Source: the human T2T-CHM13v2.0 reference genome, Homo sapiens. Taken from it: 64,000 nt of DNA. The position numbers and the translations under genes are program-made. Positions 12,867 through 26,000 of this stretch are shown one piece after another. Position 1 is the stretch's first letter. Each line of letters opens with the position of its first letter. The DNA is taken from the NCBI RefSeq assembly GCF_009914755.1, contig NC_060929.1; one strand, given 5' to 3'. Below the pieces are notes generated by a model, which was given only the letters and a program-made list of their open reading frames with translations, made no database searches and was not told the DNA's origin.

Positions 12867-15800
12867 GTTCGTCATCAGTGAATCTGCCAAGCAAGAAATC
12901 TTGAAAGGAGTTATTCAGAGAGAAGGAAACTGATATAGGTCAGAAACTCAGATTAAAAACAAAAAAAAGAAAAGAAAAGTTTATGAGAAAAAAATAATTA
13001 AGGATAGAATAAAATATCTAATTTTGATTCTTCTTAACTGATATAACAGATAATAATTTGCATTGGTGATCATAATTAAAGGATAAATGAAATGAATTAC
13101 AACAATGATATAGAAGATAGAGAAGAGAAATTGGGAATACTCTGTTATAATGTATCTGCACTCTCTTTGGTGGAGAATAATGTTATTTAAAAGTGGATTT
13201 CGATTAGTTGTAAATGTATGTTGTAAACACCAAAGCCATCACTCAAAATAAAAGAAAAGTATCTTTAAAATAACCTACAGAAGACACTGTCAGAGTGGAA
13301 AAAGCAAAAATTCTAAACTACATGTTGACTACAAGAAATTCACTTTAAATTGAAAACACTGATAGATTAAGAGTAAAAAGAGGAATAAAGATATACTATG
13401 TTGACATTAATAACAAAAAAGCTGGAATAGCTGAATTAATTTGAGAAAAGCAGACTTCAGGCTGAAATTATTGGGGATAAAGAGGGGTATGACATAATAA
13501 TGAAGAGGTTCTAGAAGAACCTCATATATAAAGATATAACAATCTTTATTGTTCATATATATCAAAAATATATAACAATCTTTATTGTTTATGTGACTAA
13601 CAGTGTCAAAATATGTGAGGAAAAAACTGACAGAACTTCAATAAAAAATAAATAAATCTACTACTGTAGTTAGAAATTTTAACACATATTTATTAGTAAT
13701 GGACAGATTTAGCAAGTATAAAATTAGTAAGCTTACAGTTAAAATGACCAGCAACATCAATCAAATTAATATAATTGACATTTATGGAATATTTTATCCA
13801 ACAACAACTGAATTGACGTTCTCCTCAAGCACACAGGGAGCATTCATCAAGACAGACTATATTCCAGGCCATAAAACACACCTTAACAAATTTACAAGGA
13901 AAGAAATTAAACGAAGTATGCTCTCAGATCACAAGGAAATTAAACAAGAAATCAATAACAGAAAAATTACTGGAAAATCACCAAATACATTAAAATTTGA
14001 AACACACAACTAAATACCACACAGGTCAAAGAAGAAGTATAAAAAATTTTAAAATATTTTGAATTGAATAAGAAAAATCAATTTTTTCAATGCAGCAAAA
14101 ACAGTGCTTAGTGGGAAACAACACATTGAATAAATACTTTTGGGAAGAAGAACAATCTAAAAATTATAATGTATTATTCCTCTGTAGGAAATTAGAAAAA
14201 GAGCAAATTAAATCCAAAGTAAGACAAAAAAAAGAAATAGTAAAAATTACAGCAAAGATTAGTGAAATTAATCACATGAAATCATTATAGAAAAATCAAT
14301 CAAACAAAAACTCTTTTTTTTTGGAAAACGTTAAACTGACTAATCTCAAGGCAGGCTAATAAAAAAATGAAAAGAGAGAAAGAAGACACAAATTACTAAT
14401 ATCAGGGACGAAAGAGGACCCAATGCTATGCCCACAAATTTGAAAACTTTGATGGTATAAACCAATTTGTTTAAAGACACAAGCCACAACAACTCACACA
14501 AGAAAAAATATATAACCTAATAGGTTATAGCTATTAAATATATTAAATCAATGCTGAATAGTCTTCCAAAACAGAAAGTTCAGGTCCAGATGGTTTCACT
14601 GATAAATTATATGACACATTAAGGAAAAAAATAATACTTATCTACAATGTTTTCTAGTTAATCGAAGCAGAGAAAATACTTTTTTAACTCATTCTGTGTG
14701 GCCAGTATTACCATAAAAAGCAAAAATCAGACAATAAAAATTATTTTTCAAAAAGCACACCAATATATCTCATAAACATAGATGCAACGATTCTCAAAAA
14801 AATTATCAAACTGAATTTAACAATGTGTAAAAAAGAATTATACACCATAATTAAATCTACTTGATAAAGAATAGCTACCAAAAAAAAAAACTACGGCTAA
14901 CATACTCAATGTTGAAACACAACAAGCTATTCCCCAAGTCAGAGACAAGGCAAGAATGTCTCCTCTCACCACTTTTATTAAACATTATACTGGACGTTCT
15001 AGTGAAAGAAATTTTTAAAAAGTAAATAAAAGGTATAAAGATCGAAAAGAAAGAAATAAAACCTCTGTTTGCAGATAACATGTTCATTCATGTAGAAAGT
15101 CCAAAAGAATAAAAATGTTCTCCGGGAAATAACAAACAATATATAAAGTTTTAAAGATATAAATTTTTAAATTACAACATTCATGTAGTTTATGTCAACA
15201 ATTTATTGAAATTTAAAAATGAAAACACAGCCTGTTAGATTAGCACTGAAAACATGTAATACATAAATAAAGATCTAACAAAACGTGCAAAATCTGTATA
15301 AGTAAAACTGGAAAACTCTGATAAAATAAATCAAAGAAGAAATAAATGGAGAGATAATACACGTTTGTTTATAGGAAGGCAATATTGTCAAGATGACAGT
15401 TCTTCCCAACTTGATCTACAGAGGGTCAATGCAATCCCAATCAAAATTCCAGCCAGATATTTTGTGGATATATTGGCAAAATTATTCTATAGTTGATATG
15501 AAAAGGCAAAAGATCCAGAATAGCCTATGCATACTATATCGAAGAAGAATAACAAAGTTGGAGGACTGGCATTATCCATTTTTAATACTTACTGTAAAAT
15601 CACAGTAATCAAGACAGCATGGTATGGGGAAAAATAGGTAAATATATCAATAATACAGAATAAAGGGTACAGAATTAAATCACAGATATATAGTTAACTG
15701 ATTTTTGACAGAGGGGCAAAGGCAATTCATTGAAGAAAGAATAGGCTTTTTAACAAAAGGTGCTGGAACAACTAGACATTCACATGCAAAAAAAATGCTA

Positions 15801-16371
15801 GACACAATTTTTAAATCTTTCACAGATATTTACAAACATTAACATTAACTCAAAATGGATAATAGGGCTAAACTTAAAACACAAAACAATACAACTTGTA
15901 AAAGATAACATAATATCTATGAGAATTGGGTTTGTTGATGAATTTTAGATACAGTACCAAAAATATCATAAAAGAAAAAAAATGACAAGTTGGACTTCAT
16001 AAAAACTTAAAACTGCTTTGTGAAAGTCATTATTCATAAAATTAAAAGACAAGCCACAAAGTGATAGAAAAATTTATAGAATACAAATCCAATAGAGGAC
16101 TTGTATCCAAAATATACAAAGAACACTTAAGACATGACAATAAGACAAAAACTCAATTTATAAATGGAAAAAAGGTCAGAACAGACATCCAGCAAATAAT
16201 ATATCAACTAGCAAATTAGAAAACACAAATGCTTGACTTCCTACTTAATTAGGGAATTGTAAATTAAAACCACAATGAGATATCACTCCAAACCTATTAG
16301 AATAACTAAAGTCTAAAACACTGATGACATTATATGTTAATAAGAATGTAGAGCAACAAAAATTCTCATTC

Positions 16372-16720
<349 letters not shown>

Positions 16721-16772
16721 TTAATTTACATAAACCTAGTCTTGCCTAATGATTCAGCTGTTGGTTGGTATT

Positions 16773-17151
16773 TGATATGGCTTGGCTGTGTCCTCACCCA
16801 AAATCTCATCTTGAATTGTATCCCCATAATCCCCATGTGTCAAAGGAGAGACCAGGTTGGGGGTAATTGATTCACCAGGACAGTTTCTCCCATGTTGTTG
16901 TTGTGATAGTGAGTGAGTTCTCATGAGATCTGATTTTATAAGAGGCTCTTCCCTCTTCGCTCATTTGCTCTCTCTCTCTCACCTGCCACCATGTAAGATG
17001 TTCTTTGCTTCTCTCTTGTATTCTGCCATGATTGTAAGTTTCCTGAGGCCTCCCTAGCCATGTGGAACTCTGAATCAATTAAAATTATTTCCTTTACAAA
17101 TTACCTAGTCTCAGGTATGTCTTTATAGCAGTGTGAAAACAGACTAATACA
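16773..17151 (+). mobile_element. THE1C/D solo LTR (ERVL-MaLR)
   Basis: tgatatggcttggctgtgtcc ... aaaacagactaataca; perfect 5-bp TSD gtatt. Confidence 0.92.
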
Positions 17152-18389
17152 GTATTTATCCAAATGAACTGAAAACGTATGTCCAAAAAAAATACACAAA
17201 ACTTTATAACAGCTTTATTCATAATTTCCAAAACTTGGAAACAACCATGATGTTCTTCAGAGGTGAATGGATGAACAAATTGTGGCACATCCATGCAGTG
17301 AAATATTATTCAGCAATAAAAAATCTTCAGCTATCAAGACATGAAAAAACATAAAGGAAACTTAAATACATATTGCTTAGTGAATGAAGCCAGTCTGCAA
17401 GGGCTACATACTGTATGACTTCAATTACATCACATTCTGGAAAAGGCAAAACTATACAGACAGTAAAAAGTTTGCTAGTCACCAGGGATTTGAAAGAAGG
17501 AAGGAAGGAATAGGTGGAGATTTAAGGATTTTTAGAGCAGTGCAAATATTCCACGTGAAACTGTCATGGTGGATACACAACATTATGCATTTTTCAAAAC
17601 TCATGCCACTATACAACATGAAGATTCAACCTAATGTTAAATATAAACTTTAGTTAATAATAATGTGCTATAATTAATTCTTTAATTTTCTTTAAAATTC
17701 TTCCATTGTACCACACTAGTGTAAGTTATTAAAACTATGGGAATCTGACATAAGAGGGGGATGGGATGAGTTATGAGGGAGAAAGAATATTACAACCCTC
17801 TGTACTTTCTGCTCAATTTTCTGTAAATCTATAGCTGCTCTAAAATCCTCTGTTATTTCAAAGCAAAACAACTTAAAAATCAGTGCATTAATAAAATTAA
17901 AAGAGATATCAACCAACCCATTTACCATACTCTAAAATGTATATATTAGTGTGTGTGTCGGGGGGATGGGAGTGACTATAGGGAGATAGATAATTTTTGT
18001 AGAAATAAATAAATACATTATATATTCTTTCTAAACAATCTGTTTTCCAGATAATGGTGATCAATTCTAAAAATTAACTTTCAATTATTAAGTGGGTATT
18101 ATGAACACAGTAATCAAGCATGGGATAAAGGAAAACTTGATTTTACATCAAATAACATTGTTTTAAATACTGAGTCATGTAGTTAACTGCCATGTTCCTT
18201 TGGACTTAGTGTTCTCATCCACCAAATAAGATAGATAGTAATTATTTTCTTGCTCACAGTAATTGTTAATACCAGGGTCACATTTGAACATATATAAAAA
18301 AATCTTATAGGGAAGCTCATTTACTTTGATCAGTTAACCTAGTACTTATTCTGCAATGTCATTTCAGAAAAAAAAAACCCCAGAGATCT

Positions 18390-18700
18390 AAACCATTTGC
18401 TCGACAAAGCTACTGAGAGTCCATACTGTCCCAGGCAGTACAACAGACACTGAGGATATCATGGTGAGAAAGAGAGTCACGGTTCCAGTTCTAATATTAC
18501 TGAGTCTGAAGAGGAAAACAGGTGTTAATGAAAGAGTTCCATTAATTCGTGTGAAATGGCAATGGTAGTTAAGTGCTGTAAGGGAGAACTGTAGGGCACA
18601 GTGAGAGAACATGATAATAGGATTTGTACTGGTCTTGACCTTGTGATAATAAAGACATAATGAGAAGCTCAAGAAAATGTAGTGGGATATAGAGACTGAA
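18390..18700 (-). mobile_element. L2 3' fragment
   Basis: catttgctcgacaaagctactgagagtccatactgtcccaggcag...cactgaggatatcatggtgag resembles reverse L2a 3' end. Confidence 0.6.
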
Positions 18701-18980
18701 GCAGAACATCAACAACAATAACCACTAACCACAAAGCTACTATGGCAAAAAGAGACTGAAAGAAAAGAGCAAATAAAGAATGGTGAATAGTCAGTCAGAT
18801 AAACAAAAGAAGAGAGTCCAAAATAGATCCCACTACATATCAGGATTATACCCAATTATATATTAAATTTAATATCCCACTAAAGGCCTGTGCACTACCT
18901 ACCTAGTTATTTAAAAGAAAACTAAATTTGTATTTCTACCTAACACGTTGAACCAAACGTGCTCCAGGTGATGGATGATA

Positions 18981-19340
18981 CAGGCACACCTTGTTTTATT
19001 GCATTTCACTTTATTGTACTTCACAGATATTACATTTATTTATAAATTGAAGGTTTACAGCAACCCTGTTCGAGCAATTCTATCAGTATTCCTTTTCCAA
19101 TAGCATGTGTTCCCCTCATGTCTCTGTGTCAGCATCTTTTAGCAATAAGGTATTTTTAATTAAGGCAGGTACTTTTTAAAGACATAATGTTGCTATACAT
19201 GTAATAAACTACAGCATGCTGTAAACATCACTTTTATATACACTTAGAAAATTTTAAAAAATTGTGACTCACCTTATTGTGATATTCACTTTACTGAGGT
19301 GATTTAGAACCAAACCTACAATATCTCCAAGGTATGCCTT
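18981..19340 (+). mobile_element. Internally deleted Tigger1 (TcMar-Tigger) with both termini
   Basis: caggcacaccttgttttattgc ... caatatctccaaggtatgcctt terminal inverted repeats; TA on both sides. Confidence 0.88.
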
Positions 19341-19964
19341 TAGTTCATTTTCATTCAATAAAACTATAAAAATATAAAAATTGTAGGTGGAAATTTTAAT
19401 CTTGAGATAAGAACATCGAAAGATGACTAGAAACAACATTTGATTGTTTTGAATTAATAAAACTTAATTTTATATAGCAAAGCCACATAAGACAACAGAA
19501 TGTAAATGTCACTAGCATTTAAAGGATATGAGAAGAGATGTTTGACAAGAGATTGAGAGGCATTGTCAGAGAAACAATATGAAAAGTAGAAAACTATGAT
19601 GCCTAAAAAGGTGAAAGAGGATTATTAAAAAAAAGAGTAGTCAAGAATATTATTGATGTCAATAATTCAAATTTTTAAAAAAGAGATAACTAAAGATATA
19701 TCCAATAAAGTCAGCAACAGAGATAGCACATTGTACTATAATTTGTTGAACTAGACTATTTTAGACATAGCCATTAGAGAAGTTACAAAGCTCTGAAAAT
19801 CTGTCATATGATTTCATTCACAAATTACATAGTGAAAAACGAATATTCAACTATGAACTTCAACTTCCTGCAGCCAACAGGGTAGATTTTCTGTTGAAAA
19901 GTAAATGTGGCACATTTATTTTGGACTCAATTGATATTTCCAATTCTTTTTCAAGTTATTATTA

Positions 19965-20251
<287 letters not shown>

Positions 20252-20879
20252 AAGTTATTATAATTGTATTATGTTTTTACCACAAAAGGCATCAGATGTT
20301 TTCATGAAACATCATATGAAAGTATATAGTTACAATGTAAATTTTCGTATCTTTGACAAATCATAGGGCAGCAGAGATTGAATCTCTGATATTTTCCTCT
20401 GCTTTTTGGGGATGCCCAACAGAGGGCAAAGAGAAGCTGGAGGTTGATCCATTTCTGACAGAATAATGAGCTCCAGCAAAATCCCACGGATATTACAGCC
20501 CAGGTATATGTGCGCTCCTCAGTAAATGTCAATGCTGTTTTTTAGGGACAAACATCAATCATGATCTTCTAATGTCAGCAGTATGGCATAAATGTTATTT
20601 GAAAAAGGGAAAAAGGGAAATAACCTTGGACAGATTATGTCAGATACATATGGACTCTTAATACATTTATGGATGAGTAAAGGGAAAAGACTATGTCAAT
20701 GTTCTGTATTAATAAATTTCTAAGTAAAATAACAGAATTGTAGATAGCTCATCTGTGACAAGGAAGTGGCCTCATTCAGCCCACATATTTATGTTTCTCT
20801 AAGTAGCCCTCTTAAACAACTGTTATGTCCTCTTCCTTTGGAATCATACACTCCTTAAAACTACACCATTCTTTGTGCA

Positions 20880-21354
20880 TATTGCGGCATTATTCACAAT
20901 AGCAAAGACTTGGAACCAACCCAAATGTCCAACAATGATAGACTGGACTAAGAAAATGTGGCACATATACACCATGGAATACTATGCAGCCATAAAAATG
21001 ATGAGTTCATGTCCTTTGTAGGGACATGGATGAAATTGGAAATCATCATTCTCCGTAAACTATCACAAGAACAAAAAACCAAACACCACATATTCTCATT
21101 CATAGGTGGGAATTGAACAATGAGAACACATGGACACAGGAAGGGGAACATCACACTCTGGGGACTGTTGTGGGTTGGGGGGAGCGGGGAGGGATAGCAT
21201 TGGGAGATGTACCTAATGCTAGATGACGAGTTAGTGGGTGCAGCGCACCAGCATGGCACATGTATACATATGTAACTAACCTGCACATTGCGCATATGTA
21301 CCCTAAAACTTAAAGTATAATAATAATAAATAAAAAATAAAAATTAAAAAAGAA
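20880..21354 (+). mobile_element. 5'-truncated L1PA2-like 3' end
   Basis: gcggcattattc; gcattgggagat; gctagatgacGAGttagtgggtgcagcgcacc (GAG rather than the ACA/ACG of L1HS); A-rich tail. Confidence 0.9.
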
Positions 21355-21511
21355 GGTACCCATTAATCTTCAGCTGCATAGAATAGAATGATCAGAAATA
21401 TTTTTTAGGAAGTTTATGAAATTTAGGTCAGAATAGACTAGACTCTCCTCTGGTAAAGGTCACTCTAATTGAAAATAAAAGTGAAAAAAATGGGACTATT
21501 TTCTTTATAGT

Positions 21512-21855
21512 TGACTTAGTTCAGGTTGCTACAATAAATTACCATAGAGTGGTGTTCTTAAACAACAAACATTTCTCATGGATCTGGAGGCTGGAAGTCA
21601 AAGATCAGGATGCCAGCATAACTGGGTTCTAGGTGAAGGCTCTCTTCCTGGTTATGTCCTCACAAGATCTCCCTTGGTCTTGGCATACCCATGCAGAGAG
21701 ACAGAGTTCCCTAATCATCTCTTCTTGTTAAAAAGCATTAATCATAGTGCGAGATCCCTATCCTAACAACCTAATCTGCCAGTAATTCCCTCAAAAAGGC
21801 TCCACTTTGACATGTGAATTGGAGAGGGGGGAACAAATATTCAGTCAATGGTAAT
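21512..21855 (-). mobile_element. MLT1A-like LTR (ERVL-MaLR)
   Basis: cttagttcaggttgctacaataaattaccatag...ctggaggctggaagtcaaagatcagg...acaaatattcagtc. Confidence 0.75.
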
Positions 21856-23077
21856 ATTCTATATTTGAAACACCTTAAACTCCTTTTCTACAGATTTTTC
21901 TAGAAAATTATATTATAAACTTGGGTATAAATTTTCTGGTATATAAATTGACGTTGGTAGATTGTCAGTCAGAGTAGAACGTGAAGTTTGAACCTGAGTT
22001 ACTTGACATCGATCCTTTTAAGCAAAGCTCTTTTCATTTCATCCCACTATTAGAAGATAATTTGGCAAATATGAGTCAAGATTGAGTTTTCTAATTTGAG
22101 ATGATATCTCCAGGAGACTTTATAAATCAAAAAAATAATTTTACCATCCTTCTTCTGAACACTATTTGACCCAACACATTCTGGTGTTCCCAGTTATTTT
22201 CAAACTTTAAGGGAAAAACAGATTATAAATGTAAATTATATTCATATAGTCTATTCATAACGGTGCATTTTTCATAAACCATTCATTGTAAAGAGGGGTC
22301 TTATTTTTTAAAAAAATTGTGGTGAGTAATGCTGCATAACGATATAATTAAACTGGCAACTTCAGAAGTTATAATGTAACTACACTTTCAAAGTCTTGCC
22401 CTTTTCAGTCCAATGCATTCTTGATTACAGAACAAAAATATGCATCCAGATTTACTTACATTACATGTTTTCCTGTATTTTTTTCATAGTTTGACTTATT
22501 GGTTACAACCGAGCCAATTAAGTACAAGATGTTGAGAGAAAGAAAATGATAAATAACTTCAGCATGAGATTTAATTGTTGTAAAAATATATATAGGGATC
22601 AGTTTTTCCAGTGATAAAGCTACATTATTACTATTCACCAAACATGATTCTTGATCTTGGGGAAGCAAACAAGGAATTATTTAGCAACTGTGACTGAGTT
22701 ATATCAGTTGTTTTACACTCTTTAGTAGAAGCATCGTGATATAACAACTCAAAAATTATTAACAGCTTCCGAGATGAAGAGATTTTTCTCTCTTCAAGTT
22801 TGAATAATCTCATCTAAAAATCTTTACATTGTCAACAACTAGAAAGACTAATCTCAACAATCTATATTAGCTAGGCCTAGATTAAGTGAGGTGAAATGAA
22901 AACTCAAATAAGCATTATTATTAATGTGAACAATCTTTCATTTTGAGTGAAGACATCAACAACCCAAATTGTTGCTGAATATTGGATGTTCAAAAAAAGC
23001 CCTAATAGCAACCTTTGTCTCATTTGATATATGAATAAACTCAGAAATATATAAAAAGAGTAGAGCATATCAGATTT

Positions 23078-26000
23078 TTAAACTGTTATTTTAGGTTTAG
23101 GGATGTATTAGTCTGTTCTCACATTGTTATAAAGAACTACATGATACAGGGTAATTTATAAAGAAAAGAGGTTTAATTGACTCACATTTCTGCAGGCTGT
23201 ACAGGAAGCATGGCTGAGGAGGCCTAGAGAAACTTACAAATATGGTGGCAGGCACATCTTACATGGCTGGAGAAGAAGAAAAAGAGCAAGAAGGGGAGGT
23301 ACTATCTACTTTTAGACAACCAGAGCTCATGAGAATTCACTCACTATCAAAAACAGCAATGGAGAAATCTGGCCCCATGATCCAATCACCTCCTACCAGC
23401 ACCTTCTCCAACATTGGGGATTATAATTCCACATAAGATTTAGGCAGGGATACAAATCCAAACCATATCAGGGTACATGTGAAGGTATCTAATATAGGTA
23501 AACTTATGTCATGAGTGTTTGTTGTACAGGTTATTTCATCAGCCAGGTATTAAGCCCAGTACCCAATAGCTATCTTTTCTGCTCCTCTCCTTCCTTCCAC
23601 CCTCCACTGTCAAGCAGACCCCGGTGTCTGTTGTTCCCTTCCTTGTGTTCAAGACTTTTGTTCATCACTTTGCTCTCACTTGTAAGTGAGAACAAGTGAT
23701 ACTTGGTTTTCTGTTACTGCGTTAGTTTACTAAGGACAGTAGCCTCCAGCTCCACCCATGTTCCAGCAAAAGACATGATCTCGTTTATTTTTATGGTTCC
23801 ATAGTATTCTATGGTGTAACATGTACCACATTTTCTTTATAAAATCTGTCATTGATGGGAGTTTAGGTAGATTCCATGTCTCTGCTATTGTGAATAGTGC
23901 TGCAATGAATATTTGTGTGCATATGACTTTATGATAGAATGATTTCTATTCTTCTGGGTACATATCCAGTAATGGTATTGCTGGGTCAAATGGTGGTTCT
24001 GCTTTTAGCTCTTTGAGAAATTCATACTGCATTACACAATGGTTGAACTAATTTACAGTCCGACCAACAGGGTATAAGTTCTCCCTTTTGTCCACAACCT
24101 TGCCAGCATCTGTTATTTTTTTACTATTTAGTAAGCCATTCTGACTGGTGTGAGATGGTATCTCATTGGGATTTTGATTTGCATTTCTATAATGATCAGT
24201 GATATTGAGCTTTTTTAAATATATACTTGTTGTATGCATGTATGTCTTATTATGGAAAGTGTTTGTTCATGTCCTTTGGCTACTTCTTAACGAGGTTGTT
24301 TGTTTTTCTCTTATAAATATGTTTAAGTTCTTTAGAGATGCTGGATATCAGACGTTTGTCACATGTATAGTTTGTAAATATTTTCTTCCATTCTGTAGAT
24401 TGTTTGTTTACTCTGTCAATAGTTTCTTTTGCTGTGCAGAAGGTCTTAAGTTTATTTGGATTCTATTTGTCAATTTTGTTTTTGTCATGGTTGTGTTGGG
24501 TGTCTTTGTCATGAAATCTATGCCCATTCCTACACCCAGGATAGTATTGCCTAGGTTGTCTTCCGGGGTTTTTATAGTGTTGGGTTTTACATTTAAGTCT
24601 TAATCAATCTTGAGTTGATTTTTGTAAATGCTGTAAGGATGAGGTTCAGCTTCAATCTTCTGTACATGGATACCCAGTTATCCCAAGACCATTCATTGAC
24701 TAGAAAGCCTTTTCCCCATTGCTTGTTTTTTTTTTTCTGTCAGCTTTATCTAAGATCAAATAATCATAGATTTGTGGCCTTATTTCTAGGCTCTCTATTC
24801 TGTTCTGTTGGTCCATGTGCCTGTGTTTGTGCCGGTATCATGCTGTTTTGGTTACTGTAGCCCTGTAGTGTAGTTTGAAATTGGGTAAGTTGATGCCTCC
24901 AGCTTTGTTCTTTTTTCTTAGTATTGCCTTGGCTATTTCAGTTCTTTTTTGGTTCCCTATAAAATTTAAAATAGTTTTTTTCTAATTCTGTGAAGAATGT
25001 CATTGGTATTTTGATGGGAATAACATTGAATCTATACATTGCTTTGTTCAATATAGCCATTTTAATAATATTGATTCTTCCTATCCACGAGCATGGAATA
25101 TTTTTCCATTTGTTTGTGTCTCCTCTGTTTCCTTAGAGCAGTGTTTTGTAATTCTCAGTGTAGAGGTCTTTTACCTCCCTAGTTAGCTATATTCATAAGT
25201 ATTTTATTCTTTTTGTGGCAATTGTATGGGATTGCCTTCCTGATTTGGCTTTCGGCTTGGCTGTTGCTGATGTATAGGAATGCTAGTGATTTTTGTACAT
25301 TGATTTTGTATCTGGAATTTTTGCTCAAGTTGTTTATGAGTTGAAGGAGCTCATTGGCTGAGACTATGAGATTTTCTAGATATAGAATCATGTCATCTAC
25401 AAACAAGGATAGTATGACTTCCTCTCTTTCTATTTGGATTCCCTTTGTTTATTTCTCTTGCCTGATTGCTCTGGCTAGGACTTCCAATACAATGTTGAAT
25501 AGGAGTGGTGAGATGGGGTGTCCTTGTCTTGTGCTTGTTTTCAAGAGGAATGCTTCCAGCTTCTGCCCATTTAGTATGGTGATGGCTATGGGTTTTTCAT
25601 AAATGGCTCTTATTATTTTGAGGTACATTCCTTCAATACCTAATTTATTGAGAGTTTTTAACATGAAGGAGTGTTGAATGTTATTAAAAAGTTTTTCTGC
25701 ATCTTTTGAGATAATCATTTGCTTTTTGTCTTTAGTTCTGTTTATGTGATGAATCACACTTGTTGATTTGTATATGTTGAACCAAACTTGCATCCCAGGG
25801 GTAAAGCCATTTTGATCATGATGGACTAGCTTTTTGACGTGCTGCTGGATTCAGTTTGCAAGGAATTTGTTTGATAATTATTTTGCATCAAAGTTCATCA
25901 AGTATATCGGCCTGAATTTTTATTTGTGTGTGTGTATCTCTGACAGGTTTTGGTATCAGGAAGAGGCTGACATCATAGAATGAGTTTGGGAGGAGTCCCT

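Noticed and set aside
24199-24860. Hydrophobic, membrane-protein-like ORFs
   Set aside because: Antisense translation of A-rich L1 ORF2
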